Assembly: GCA_963555825.3 (NCBI GenBank) | Contig: CAUVXB020000001.1 | Location: 608,001 to 672,000 of the forward strand | Origin: Alphaproteobacteria bacterium | GTDB lineage: Bacteria > Pseudomonadota > Alphaproteobacteria > JAAXGF01 | Direction of reading: 5' to 3' | DNA: 64,000 bases | In this document: positions 1-10,619 of the stretch, one piece after another | How positions within the stretch are numbered: position 1 is the stretch's first letter | Layout: each line of letters begins with the position of its first letter | Notes under the pieces: model-generated | Databases searched by the model: none | What the model was told of the DNA's origin: nothing | The model's input: the letters and a program-made list of their open reading frames with translations, nothing else | Translations under genes and position numbers: made by a program

Positions 1-34
1 GGATATGGCCAAGCGTCTCGACGAGCCGTTTTAG
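1..34 (+). CDS. rpoA: RNA polymerase alpha subunit, last codons (partial)
   Basis: Frame 2 reads DMAKRLDEPF-stop immediately upstream of rplQ, matching the conserved rpoA-rplQ order and alphaproteobacterial RpoA C-termini. Confidence 0.75.
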   Translation, partial: DMAKRLDEPF

Positions 35-73
35 TCGCGTCCCCGGGATCGCGACGGTTAGAAGGAGTCGGTC

Positions 74-496
74 ATGCGTCATGGCAACAGCGGTCGTAAG
101 CTCAACCGCACGTCGAGCCACCGCAAGGCGATGTTCGCCAATATGGCGGTCGCTCTGCTCAAGCACGAGCAAATCACAACGACCTTGCCCAAGGCCAAGG
201 AGCTGCGCGGCATCGTCGACCGGCTCATCACGCTCGGCAAGCGGGGCGGCCTGCATGCGCGGCGTCAGGCGATCGCCAGGCTTGGTGACGAGAAGATCGC
301 CGACAAGCTGTTTACCACGCTCGGCCCGCGTTATACCGAGCGCGCCGGCGGTTATACCCGCGTGTTGCGCGCCGGTTTCCGTTATGGCGATTCGGCGCCG
401 ATGGCGATCATCGAGCTGGTTGATCGCGACCCCGAAGCAAAGGGCCTCGATTCAGGCCCCGTCATGGATGACGACGCGGACGAGAACGAAGAATAA
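74..496 (+). CDS. rplQ: 50S ribosomal protein L17
   Basis: [21 protein letters not shown]...[10 protein letters not shown]...GGYTR; RBS AAGGAG upstream. Confidence 0.99.
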   Translation: MRHGNSGRKLNRTSSHRKAMFANMAVALLKHEQITTTLPKAKELRGIVDRLITLGKRGGLHARRQAIARLGDEKIADKLFTTLGPRYTERAGGYTRVLRAGFRYGDSAPMAIIELVDRDPEAKGLDSGPVMDDDADENEE

Positions 497-509
497 GCCC
501 CGGCGATCG

Positions 510-826
510 CTAGCCCGGACTTCTCACTATGGACAGGCGCGTCATCGCGTCGGGCGGTCGCCGAGCCGCCAGGAGAAGGCCGCTGAGCGTGGCCTGGGCT
601 ACGCGCAAGGCCTTCGACGCCGCGGGCGGCCCGCCCGGCGCGACCCTTAAGGGCGGCGGATCCCGGACGACAGGCGGCGTCGAAGCGCTTGCCCGCCTGC
701 CTGCGCGAAGCCGGAGCTTCGCTTCGGCGAAGGCAGGATGCGCAAGCATCGCGCGGCACGCATTTCCTAGCCTGTCGGCCGATATCCGCCGTGCCGCACC
801 TGTCCATAGTGAGAAGGCCGGGCTAG
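510..826. mobile_element. MITE-like non-coding element, 317 bp, CTAG at both ends
   Basis: 28-bp terminal inverted repeat with 1 mismatch: CTAGCCCGGACTTCTCACTATGGACAGG (510-537) and CCTGTCCATAGTGAGAAGGCCGGGCTAG (799-826); internal hairpins; no credible ORF. Confidence 0.85.
696..737. repeat. Small REP-like palindrome nested inside the MITE
   Basis: CCTGCCT-GCGCGAAGCCGGAGCTTCGCTTCGGCGA-AGGCAGG hairpin; absent from the related elements at 5911 and 8731. Confidence 0.6.
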
Positions 827-857
827 GGCGCCGCTTGCCGCGGCCGAGGGCGATCGC

Positions 858-2174
858 ATGACGACGTTGTTCGAGGCTCAGGCGCCGCGTCCACTCGCCG
901 ATCGACTGCGCCCCAAATCACTTGCCGAGGTCGTCGGCCAGGACCATCTGATCGGCGCCGACGGCCCGATCGGGCGGATGCTCGCCGAGCGGCGTCTGGC
1001 CTCGATGATCCTGTGGGGACCGCCGGGCTCCGGCAAGACGACCATCGCCCGGTTGCTCGCCGATCACACCGATTTCGTCTTCGCGCCATTATCGGCGGTG
1101 TTCTCGGGTGTCGCCGATCTGCGCAAGGTGTTCGCCGCCGCGGCCGAGCGCCGCAAGGACGGCAAGGGCACGTTGCTGTTCATCGACGAAATCCACCGCT
1201 TCAACCGCGCCCAACAGGACGGTCTTCTTCCGCATGTCGAGGACGGCACCGTCATATTGGTCGGCGCGACGACCGAGAACCCGTCGTTCGAGCTGATCGG
1301 CGCGCTGCAGTCGCGCTGCCAGGTCTATGTACTCGAACGGCTCGGCGCCGCCGCGTTGGAAACGCTGCTCCAGCGCGCCGAGGTCGAGGAAGGGCGGGCG
1401 CTGCCGCTCGACGACGACGCGCGCGCGGGCTTGTGCGAGATGGCCGACGGCGACGGCCGCTTCGCGCTCAACTTGGCCGAGGAGCTGCTCGCGCTGGCGC
1501 CCGGCCAGATGCTCGATCGCGCCCAGCTGGCCGAGGTCGTACAGAAACGCGTGCCGCTCTACGACAAGGCGCAGGAGGGGCACTACAACCTGATCTCGGC
1601 GCTGCACAAGTCGCTGCGCGGTTCCGACACCGACGCCGCGCTCTACTGGCTCGCACGCATGCTCGATGCCGGCGAGGCGCCGCTCTATATCGCGCGCCGC
1701 ATGGTGCGCTTTGCCTCCGAGGACATCGGTCTGGCCGATCCGCAGGCGCTGATGCAGGCGCTCGCGGCCAAGGAGACTTACGACTTCCTGGGTTCGCCCG
1801 AGGGCGAACTGGCGCTTGCCCAGGCGTGCATCTACCTCGCCTCGGCGCCCAAGTCGAATGCCGCATACCGGGCCTACGGCGGCGCCAGACGGGCGGCCCG
1901 CGAACACGGTTCGCTGATGCCGCCCAAGCATATCCTGAACGCGCCGACCCGGTTGATGAAGGAACTCGGCTACGGCGACGGCTATGCCTACGATCACGAC
2001 ACGCCCGAGGGCTTCTCGGGGCAAGACTATTTCCCCGAGGACATGGCGCGCGAGCGCTATTATCGGCCCGGCGAGCGTGGCTTCGAGCGCGACATTGCCA
2101 AGCGCCTCGAGTATTGGCGCAAGCTGCGCGAGAAACTTGCCGACGACGGTGGCGACGGGGAGGACAGTTCGTGA
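858..2174 (+). CDS. rarA: Replication-associated recombination protein A (MgsA/RarA AAA+ ATPase)
   Basis: PLADRLRP, Walker A GPPGSGKTT, Walker B LFIDEIHRFN, GATTENPSF, SALHKSLRGSD, ASEDIG. Confidence 0.97.
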   Translation: MTTLFEAQAPRPLADRLRPKSLAEVVGQDHLIGADGPIGRMLAERRLASMILWGPPGSGKTTIARLLADHTDFVFAPLSAVFSGVADLRKVFAAAAERRKDGKGTLLFIDEIHRFNRAQQDGLLPHVEDGTVILVGATTENPSFELIGALQSRCQVYVLERLGAAALETLLQRAEVEEGRALPLDDDARAGLCEMADGDGRFALNLAEELLALAPGQMLDRAQLAEVVQKRVPLYDKAQEGHYNLISALHKSLRGSDTDAALYWLARMLDAGEAPLYIARRMVRFASEDIGLADPQALMQALAAKETYDFLGSPEGELALAQACIYLASAPKSNAAYRAYGGARRAAREHGSLMPPKHILNAPTRLMKELGYGDGYAYDHDTPEGFSGQDYFPEDMARERYYRPGERGFERDIAKRLEYWRKLREKLADDGGDGEDSS

Positions 2175-2217
2175 CGACCGGCATGCGTAGGGGCCGCACC
2201 GGCGCGGGGCGGCCGGA

Positions 2218-3480
2218 ATGATCGTCAGCATCGCCGAACTCCTCATCCTCGGCATCGTCGTCGATTGGGCCTTTCGCAGGCTTTCGGTCCCCGGGTTGGT
2301 GGGGATGCTGCTGCTGGGCGTGTTGCTCGGGCCTTTCGCCCTGCAATGGGTCAGCCCCGAGCTGCTCGAGGTCTCCAACGATTTTCGTCTGATCGCCTTG
2401 ATCGTCATCCTGCTCAGGGCGGGCTTCGAGCTGAGCAAGGAGACGCTGAACCGGGTCGGCGGTCGGGTGCTGCTGCTGTCCGCCGTGCCGGCTATCATCG
2501 AAGGCGCCGCCATCACCCTGCTGGGGCCACCGCTGCTCGGCCTCGGCTATCTCGAGTCTGCGATGCTGGGCTCGATCCTGGCGGCGGTGTCGCCGGCGGT
2601 CGTGGTGCCGCTGATGATCCGTTTCATGGAGCGTGGCATGGGCGCGGTGAAAGGCATCCCGACCATGGTGCTGGCGGCGTCGGCCATCGACGACGTCTTC
2701 GTCATCGTCGTCTTCAGCGTCTTCCTCGGCATCTACACCGGAAACAGTGCCAGCATCGCCTGGCAGCTGGCCGGCATCCCGATCTCCATCCTGCTCGGCA
2801 TTGCCGTCGGCCTGGCGGTCGGCCTAGCCCTCTTCCGGCTCTACCGGCACTTCGACCCGCGCGCCACCAAGCGCGTGCTGATCATGCTGGGGCTTTCGGT
2901 CCTGCTGGTCAGGGCCGAACATTTCATGGCCGGCTGGCTGCCCTTCGCCAGCCTGCTCGCGGTCATGGCCATGGGCTTCATCATCCTCGAGAAGGACGAG
3001 CACATGGCCCACGTGATATCGGCCAAGCTGGGCAAGATATGGGTCTTCGCCGAGATCGTGCTGTTCACCATGGTCGGTGCCGACGTCGACGTGAACGTGG
3101 CGCTGGAGGCGGGCCTCGCCGGCGCCGTGATTATTGCGATCGGCCTGGTGGCGCGCAGCGCCGGCACTTGGCTCTGCCTGATCGGCAGCGACCTGACAGG
3201 GCCCGAGCGCCTGTTCGTGGTCGTCGCCTACCTGCCCAAGGCGACCGTCCAGGCCGCCATCGGCGGCGCGCCGCTGGCCGCGATGCATCTCGCCGGCATG
3301 AACACCGGGCCGGGCGAAGTCATCCTGGCGGTCGCGGTGCTGAGCATCTTGTTGACCGCGCCATTGGGGGCCTGGGCCATCGTCATCACCGGCGAGCGGG
3401 TCCTCGAGGTGGCGCCGCCATCGGTGCACGACGCCCGGGACGCGGTAATCGAGAGCGAAGGCGAAACGGAGCAGGCGTAG
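2218..3480 (+). CDS. Cation:proton antiporter, NHA/SLC9B-like (CPA superfamily)
   Basis: About 12-13 hydrophobic segments; ILLRAG, AVSPAVVVP, ASAIDDVF and YLPKATVQAAIG motifs typical of NHA-type antiporters. Confidence 0.9.
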   Translation: MIVSIAELLILGIVVDWAFRRLSVPGLVGMLLLGVLLGPFALQWVSPELLEVSNDFRLIALIVILLRAGFELSKETLNRVGGRVLLLSAVPAIIEGAAITLLGPPLLGLGYLESAMLGSILAAVSPAVVVPLMIRFMERGMGAVKGIPTMVLAASAIDDVFVIVVFSVFLGIYTGNSASIAWQLAGIPISILLGIAVGLAVGLALFRLYRHFDPRATKRVLIMLGLSVLLVRAEHFMAGWLPFASLLAVMAMGFIILEKDEHMAHVISAKLGKIWVFAEIVLFTMVGADVDVNVALEAGLAGAVIIAIGLVARSAGTWLCLIGSDLTGPERLFVVVAYLPKATVQAAIGGAPLAAMHLAGMNTGPGEVILAVAVLSILLTAPLGAWAIVITGERVLEVAPPSVHDARDAVIESEGETEQA

Positions 3481-3484
3481 AGCG

Positions 3485-4498
3485 TTGGCGAAGGTCGAGC
3501 ACATCCAGGTTGAGCCCGACGAGGCCGAGCAGCGCCTCGACCGCTGGTTCAAGCGGCATTTCCCCGAGCTCGGTCACGGCCGGCTGGAAAAACTGCTGCG
3601 CACCGGCCAGGTGCGCGTCGACGGCGCGCGCGTCAAGGCGGGCCATCGCCTGGCGCCCGGTCAGCGCATCCGGGTTCCGCCGATCGGGCGCGCGCTGGCC
3701 GCCGCCAAGCGTCGCCCGCCGCCCGGGCCAGTGCCGGTCAGCGACGCCGACGCCTGGGCGTTGCGCAAGAGCGTGCTCTACATGGACGACGACGTGCTGG
3801 CGATCAACAAGCTGGCCGGCCTTGCGGTGCAGGGCGGCACCGGCACCCAGCGCCACCTCGACGGCATGCTCGATGCGCTCAAGCTGGGCGCGCGCGAGCG
3901 GCCGCGCCTGGTGCATCGGCTCGACCGCGACACCTCGGGCGTCCTGGTGCTGGCGCGCAACGTCAAAGCGGCGGCGTGGCTCGGGCGCGAGTTTCAGGGT
4001 CGGAACATGCGCAAGCTCTATTGGGCCCTGGTCGTCGGCCAGCCGCCGCGCGACGAGGGCCAGATCGAGATGGCGCTCGCCAAGCGCCCGACCAGGGGCG
4101 GCGGCGAGCGGGTCGCCGCGGATGACGACGGCAAGCCGGCCGTGACCCGCTACAAGGTCATCGAGGCGCTCGGGCCGCGCGCCGCCTGGCTGGCGCTGAT
4201 GCCGCTGACCGGGCGCACGCACCAAATACGCGCCCACTGCGCCGCGATCGGCACGCCGATCGTCGGTGACGGCAAATTCGGCGGCGCGCAGGCCTTCATG
4301 CAGGGCGAGGGCATCGGCCGACAGATGCATCTCCATGCCCGCGCGATCGAGCTGTCGATGCCGAGCGGCAAGCGCCGGCGCATCACCGCGCCACTGCCCG
4401 AGCATATGGCCGAAACTTGGCGGCTGTTCGGCTTCGACATGCACGCGCATGCCGACGACGACCCCTTCGCCGAGGCGCCGGAGCGCAAGGGCCGGTGA
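3485..4498 (+). CDS. rluC: RluA/RluC-family 23S rRNA pseudouridine synthase with S4 domain
   Basis: N-terminal S4 (QRLDRW), catalytic HRLDRDTSG, TGRTHQIR, LHA; TTG start. Confidence 0.93.
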   Translation: MAKVEHIQVEPDEAEQRLDRWFKRHFPELGHGRLEKLLRTGQVRVDGARVKAGHRLAPGQRIRVPPIGRALAAAKRRPPPGPVPVSDADAWALRKSVLYMDDDVLAINKLAGLAVQGGTGTQRHLDGMLDALKLGARERPRLVHRLDRDTSGVLVLARNVKAAAWLGREFQGRNMRKLYWALVVGQPPRDEGQIEMALAKRPTRGGGERVAADDDGKPAVTRYKVIEALGPRAAWLALMPLTGRTHQIRAHCAAIGTPIVGDGKFGGAQAFMQGEGIGRQMHLHARAIELSMPSGKRRRITAPLPEHMAETWRLFGFDMHAHADDDPFAEAPERKGR

Positions 4499-5157
4499 TC
4501 CGCCTAATCGTCTTCGATTGCGACGGCACGCTGGTCGACAGTCAGCATGCCATCGTCGCCGCCATGCGCCAGGCGTTCACCGACAATAGCCTTCGGCTGC
4601 CGGAGCCCGAGGCAGTGCGCCAGATCGTCGGCCTGTCGCTGCTCAAGGCGATGGAGGCATTGGAGCCGAGGGCTCTGCCCGAGCAGCACCGCGCGCTCGA
4701 GCGCGACTATCGGCGCGCTTTCCAACTGTTGCGCCAACGCGAGGAACACCAAGAGCAACTCTATCCCGGCGCCGCCGAGACGGTGGCTGCGCTCGACGAG
4801 GCCGGCTACCTGCTCGGCGTCGCCACCGGCAAGGGCCGGCGGGGTCTGCGCATGACGCTCGAACGCCACGGCCTCGACGGCCAATTCGTCACCCTGCAGA
4901 CCGCCGATGACGCGCCCAGCAAGCCGCACCCCGGCATGCTCGAGCGCGCCATGGCCGAGGCCGGCGCGGCGCCCGACGAGACGGCGCTGGTCGGCGACAC
5001 CGTGTTCGACATCGAAATGGCGGTCAACGCCGGCGCGGCGCCGATCGGCGTCCGCTGGGGCTATCACGATGCGGCGCTGTTGAGCGCGGCCGGCGCGCGC
5101 ATGATCGTCGAGACCTTCGACGCGCTACCGGGCGCCATCGCGGGGCTCGCGCCGTGA
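4495..5157 (+). CDS. HAD-IA family hydrolase (phosphoglycolate phosphatase-like)
   Basis: FDCDGTLVDS, SKPHP, VGDT motifs; GTG start overlaps the rluC stop (GTGA). Confidence 0.92.
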   Translation: MIRLIVFDCDGTLVDSQHAIVAAMRQAFTDNSLRLPEPEAVRQIVGLSLLKAMEALEPRALPEQHRALERDYRRAFQLLRQREEHQEQLYPGAAETVAALDEAGYLLGVATGKGRRGLRMTLERHGLDGQFVTLQTADDAPSKPHPGMLERAMAEAGAAPDETALVGDTVFDIEMAVNAGAAPIGVRWGYHDAALLSAAGARMIVETFDALPGAIAGLAP

Positions 5158-5849
5158 AACGCATATACAAAACCGTTGCCGTCGAGCCGCGCGATGACGG
5201 GTACGCGGTGACGCTCGATGGGCGAGGCGCGAAGACGCCGCGGGGCCAACCATTGGCGCTGCCGAACGCGGCGCTGGCCGAGGCCGTGGCCGCCGAGTGG
5301 GACGCGCAGGCCGACGACATCGCGCCCTCGACGATGCCGATGACACGGCTCGCCACCACCGCGCTCGATATGGTCGCGCCGCGCCGTGCCCACGTCGTCG
5401 ACGAGATCGTCGGCTTCGGCGCGAGCGACCTGGTCTGCTATCGCGCCGATGCGCCGGCTGCGCTTGCCGCGCGCCAGCACGAGGTTTGGCAGCCGCTGAT
5501 CAACGGTCTGGCACAGCGCCACGGCGTGCATCTTTCGGTGACCGAAGGCGTCATCCCGATCGTGCAGCCAGCCGAGGCGATCGCCGCGCTGCGCGACGTC
5601 GTCGCCGGCCATGACGACATGGCGCTCGCCGCGCTGCACACGCTGGCCACGGTGCTGGGCTCGCTGGTCATCGCGCTGGCGGTGGCCGACGGCACTGCCG
5701 ACGCCGACACGGCCTGGGCCGCGAGCCGGATCGACGAGGATCACCAGACCGAGCGCTGGGGCGACGACGCCGAGGCGGCGGAGACGCGCCAGAGACGCCA
5801 CGATGTCGTCGCCGCGGCGCGCTTCTTTGACCTCGCCCGAGGCGGCTAA
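5154..5849 (+). CDS. ATP12-family F1-ATPase chaperone
   Basis: MKRIYK...LDGR..KTP...AEW...MPMTRLA...DLVCYRA...DE..Q.E.WG.D; usual position after rluC-HAD. Confidence 0.93.
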   Translation: MKRIYKTVAVEPRDDGYAVTLDGRGAKTPRGQPLALPNAALAEAVAAEWDAQADDIAPSTMPMTRLATTALDMVAPRRAHVVDEIVGFGASDLVCYRADAPAALAARQHEVWQPLINGLAQRHGVHLSVTEGVIPIVQPAEAIAALRDVVAGHDDMALAALHTLATVLGSLVIALAVADGTADADTAWAASRIDEDHQTERWGDDAEAAETRQRRHDVVAAARFFDLARGG

Positions 5850-5910
5850 GGGGGTGGCCGCATTGCTGCGAATGATGCACTCTCCAGGGCAGCGGGGTCG
5901 GCCCGGTAAA

Positions 5911-6171
5911 TACCAAGGAACAGCGATAAAGGTCCCTAGAGATCGCGTCCGCTTTTTGCTGGGTAGGAAGGGAGCCGCGGGCGATGCAGCGCATCGGCTA
6001 GGCTGCCTGACGCCCTCCGGCGATAAGCGGCCGCGACCCGAAGGGCGGCTTGCCGAGGCTCTCGGACGTCGTTGCGCCCATCTTGCGATGCCAAGCATCG
6101 CCGCGACGGGCGCGCCTAGCCGAGAACCACGGCAAGCCGTCTCTAGGGGCCTTTATCACTGATCCTTGGTA
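5911..6171. mobile_element. MITE-like element family B, copy 1 (261 bp, TA at both ends)
   Basis: About 32-bp imperfect TIR TACCAAGGAACAGCGATAAAGGTCCCTAGAGA / TCTCTAGGGGCCTTTATCACTGATCCTTGGTA; collinear copy at 8731-8991. Confidence 0.9.
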
Positions 6172-6183
6172 TAAGGGGGAGCC

Positions 6184-7712
<1,529 letters not shown>

Positions 7713-7716
<4 letters not shown>

Positions 7717-7943
7717 GTCAGTCCGGCGACGACGCGGCGACGCAACGGGCGCGGCGCCGGCTGCGTGGCTTCGGCCTTCATCTCGCCGGCTATGGCGTGG
7801 TGATTGTGGCGCTCGCGGCGATCAATATGCTGAGCAGCCCGGAGAACCCCTGGTTCGTCTGGCCGATGGTCGGCTGGGGCGGCGTGCTGGCGGTCCACGC
7901 GGCCTTCGCCATGGGGCTGTTCGGTGGCTCGGACAGTGGTTAA
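7713..7943 (+). CDS. 2TM-domain small membrane protein
   Basis: GTGA-coupled to pccB; F..HL..Y..V...L..IN...P...WFVWP..GWG..L..H pattern. Confidence 0.8.
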
Positions 7944-7952
7944 GTTGACGCC

Positions 7953-8537
7953 ATGACCGAGCGCCTGGACGACGCCATCGCGCGCATCGACGCGGCCAGC
8001 GCCGAGGACCCGAACCGGGAGTTCGTCGATGGCGCGGCGCGGCCCACGGCGCTGGTCTACGCCGAGCGCATGACGGGCTGGCTCGATCGGCTGGCGCCCG
8101 AGGCGTCGGAGGCGCTGCGCATCGCCGCGCGCGCGCAACACATCGAGCGTTGGACGATCCCGCGCGCCGAGTTCCCCGACGGCCGCGAGGGCTATCACCG
8201 CTGGCGCACGACGCTCGCCAAGTTCCATGCCGAGCGGACGGCAGCGATCATCGCCGAGGCCGGCTACGAGACCGACGTCATCGACCGGGTCAAGGCGCTG
8301 CTCCGCAAGCACCGCCTCAAGACCGACCCGGAAGTTCAGATGCTCGAGGACGTCGCCTGTCTGGTGTTCCTGGAAAGCTACTTCGCCGACTTCGCAAAGC
8401 AGCACGACGAGGCCAAGATCATCGGCATCCTGCAGAAGACTTGGGCCAAGATGTCGTCCAAGGGTCACGACGCGGCGCTCGCCCTCGACATGCCGGCGGA
8501 GGCCCGCGCTTTGGTCGAGAAAGCTCTGAGCGGTTAG
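7953..8537 (+). CDS. DUF4202-family protein
   Basis: IDAA...DP, Y..RM..WL, AARAQHIERW..PR..P.GR.GY..WR, LEDVACLVFL, KTW.KMS. Confidence 0.85.
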   Translation: MTERLDDAIARIDAASAEDPNREFVDGAARPTALVYAERMTGWLDRLAPEASEALRIAARAQHIERWTIPRAEFPDGREGYHRWRTTLAKFHAERTAAIIAEAGYETDVIDRVKALLRKHRLKTDPEVQMLEDVACLVFLESYFADFAKQHDEAKIIGILQKTWAKMSSKGHDAALALDMPAEARALVEKALSG

Positions 8538-8582
8538 TGCATAATCCGGCCGATCTGGATCGGTCGGGTTATGCCAGCCCGC

Positions 8583-8670
8583 GCCAATCTTATCCCAACA
8601 AGAGGGGGGCCGCCGACCGTTCGGCCAATCCTTGTGGGATTAAGAATGGCCTTGTGGGATAAAGATTGGC
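8583..8670. repeat. Three copies of a ~20-bp motif (two tandem, one inverted)
   Basis: CTTGTGGGATTAAGAATGGC (8631-8650), CTTGTGGGATAAAGATTGGC (8651-8670), inverted GCCAATCTTATCCCAACAAG (8583-8602). Confidence 0.75.
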
Positions 8671-8730
8671 CTGCGTGGCGATTGAACGCAGGTCATCTTC
8701 ACGCTGTGAAGATGGCCGAAAGCTAAATTA

Positions 8731-8991
8731 TACCAAGGATCAGTGATAAAGACCCATAGAGATCGCGTCCGCTTTTCGCCGGGTAGGAAGGGAGCCGCAG
8801 GCGATGCAGCGCATCGGCTAGGCTTCCTGACGCCCTCCGGCGATAAGCGGACGCGACCCGTAGGGCGGCTTGCCGAGGCCCTCGGACGTCGTTCCGCCCG
8901 CCTTGTGATGCGCTGCATCACCGCGACGGGCGCGCCTAGCCGAGAACCACGGCAAGCCGTCTCTATGGGTCTTTATCACTGCTCCTTGGTA
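8731..8991. mobile_element. MITE-like element family B, copy 2 (261 bp)
   Basis: TIR TACCAAGGATCAGTGATAAAGACCCATAGAGA / TCTCTATGGGTCTTTATCACTGCTCCTTGGTA; same length and orientation as 5911-6171; abuts the stop codon of the convergent CoA ligase. Confidence 0.9.
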
Positions 8992-10515
8992 TTAGATATT
9001 GCGTCCCGATTTACGCCAGTAGGGATCGCGCAGGCGGCGCTTGAAGATTTTGCCCGTGTCCTCGCGCGGCAGGTCGGTCCGGAACTCGACGACCTTGGGC
9101 ACCTTGTAGTTGGCGATGCGCTCCTTGAGATAGGTCTGGACCGTGCCGGCGTCGAGCGGCGCGCCGTCGAGCGGCTCGACATAGGCGCAGAGCTTCTCGC
9201 CGAACTCTTCGTCGGGGATGCCGAAGACCGCGCAGTCGTGAACGCCCGGCATATCGATCAGCACCGCCTCGATCTCGGCCGGGTAAATGTTGACGCCGCC
9301 CGAGATCACCATGTCGTTGGCGCGGTCGCACAGGAACAGATAGCCGTCCTCGTCGAGATAGCCCATGTCGCCGATCGTGATCAGCCCGTCGCGCTCGATC
9401 TCGCGGCGCTTGGCGTCGTCGTTGTGGTAGGTGAAATCGGGCCAGCCGTCGAGGCGCAGGTATATCTCGCCGATTTCGCCGGCCGGCAGCGCGTTGCCGG
9501 CGGCGTCGTGGATCTCGACGCGGCCGCCCTCGACGAGGCGGCCGACCGTGCCGGGCTTGCGCAGCGCCTCGTGGCTGTCGTGATAGAACACCGCGCCGCT
9601 CTCGGTCGCGCCGTAGTACTCGTGGATGATCGGTCCCAGCCACTCGATCATGCGGCGCTTGACGTCGGGCGGACAGGGCGCCGCGCCGTGGCTGACGAAT
9701 TCGAGCGAGGCGAGGTCGTAGCCGTCACGCACCGCGTCTGGCAGGCGCAGCAGGCGCACGAACATGGTCGGCACCAGATGAACGGTGTTGATGCGGTGCC
9801 GCTCGATCAACGCCAGCAGCTGTTCGGCATCGAAACGCGGTTGCAGGACCACGAGACCGCCGTAGTGCGCGGCGGTCAGGCCGCAAATATTCGGCACGAC
9901 GTGGTACATCGGCCCGGTGATTACGGTGCGCACCGGCGCGTCGGGCGCCATGCCGAAGCACTGCACCATGCCGCGCTGCCGGGATGCCAAGGCCTCCTCC
10001 GCTGCCCAGGGTGCGCGGCGCACGCCCTTGGGCACACCCGTGGTGCCCGAGGTGTAGATCATGCTCGGCCGGTCGGCGAGCGGCGGGGCCTGCCACGGCG
10101 ATTGCGCGGCGATCCAGTCGTACCACGCCGCGCCGCCCGACTGCGCGAGCCCATATGCGGCGGCGATCTCGGGCGGCGTCGCGACGACTAAGACGTCGAC
10201 AGCCTGAGGAATCGCAGGCTCCAGCGCCGGCAACAGGTCGGCATGGATAACCAGAACCTTGGCGCCGCAATCGCGCAGGATGTGGCCCGCCTCGTCGGCT
10301 TTGAGATGCCAGTTGATCGGCACCGAATAGGCGCCCAGCATGCCCGCCGCGATGGCCGCCTCGAAGAAGGCGAAGTCGTTGCGCAAGATCAGCGCGACGG
10401 TATCGCCCTCGCCGATACCGAGGCCATCGAGGCCGGTCGCCGCGCGCTTCGCGTTCTCGGCCATCGCGGAGATCGGAATCTCGCGCTCGCCGCTGAGGAT
10501 TCTCCCTTCGCTCAT
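8992..10515 (-). CDS. Acyl-CoA synthetase (AMP-binding)
   Basis: YTSGTTGVPKG, EYYGATE, GDMGYLD, ISGGVNIYPAEIE, TGKI. Confidence 0.93.
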   Translation of the reverse strand: MSEGRILSGEREIPISAMAENAKRAATGLDGLGIGEGDTVALILRNDFAFFEAAIAAGMLGAYSVPINWHLKADEAGHILRDCGAKVLVIHADLLPALEPAIPQAVDVLVVATPPEIAAAYGLAQSGGAAWYDWIAAQSPWQAPPLADRPSMIYTSGTTGVPKGVRRAPWAAEEALASRQRGMVQCFGMAPDAPVRTVITGPMYHVVPNICGLTAAHYGGLVVLQPRFDAEQLLALIERHRINTVHLVPTMFVRLLRLPDAVRDGYDLASLEFVSHGAAPCPPDVKRRMIEWLGPIIHEYYGATESGAVFYHDSHEALRKPGTVGRLVEGGRVEIHDAAGNALPAGEIGEIYLRLDGWPDFTYHNDDAKRREIERDGLITIGDMGYLDEDGYLFLCDRANDMVISGGVNIYPAEIEAVLIDMPGVHDCAVFGIPDEEFGEKLCAYVEPLDGAPLDAGTVQTYLKERIANYKVPKVVEFRTDLPREDTGKIFKRRLRDPYWRKSGRNI

Positions 10516-10619
10516 GCATCAAGTCTAATGCAAGGCACGGCCTTGCGCCCAGTCCCGAGTGCTCGATTCGCGCGTCGTTCTGAGCTAGAACAACGATGTA
10601 ACCAGGGGCTAGGGCACGC

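Noticed and set aside
81-861. ORFs crossing the MITE-like elements (also 5064-6162 and 8640-8990)
   Set aside because: Arg/Ala/Pro-rich, no motifs; explained by non-coding repeats and high GC
2150-2217. Possible fluoride riboswitch upstream of the antiporter (GGCGACGG...TGACGACC)
   Set aside because: Overlaps the rarA coding end and lacks the complementary stem and conserved 3' motif
10530-10546. Sigma-54-like GGCACGGCCTTGC between the CoA ligase and pccA
   Set aside because: GG-to-GC spacing is one base short of the -24/-12 consensus; only a short palindrome
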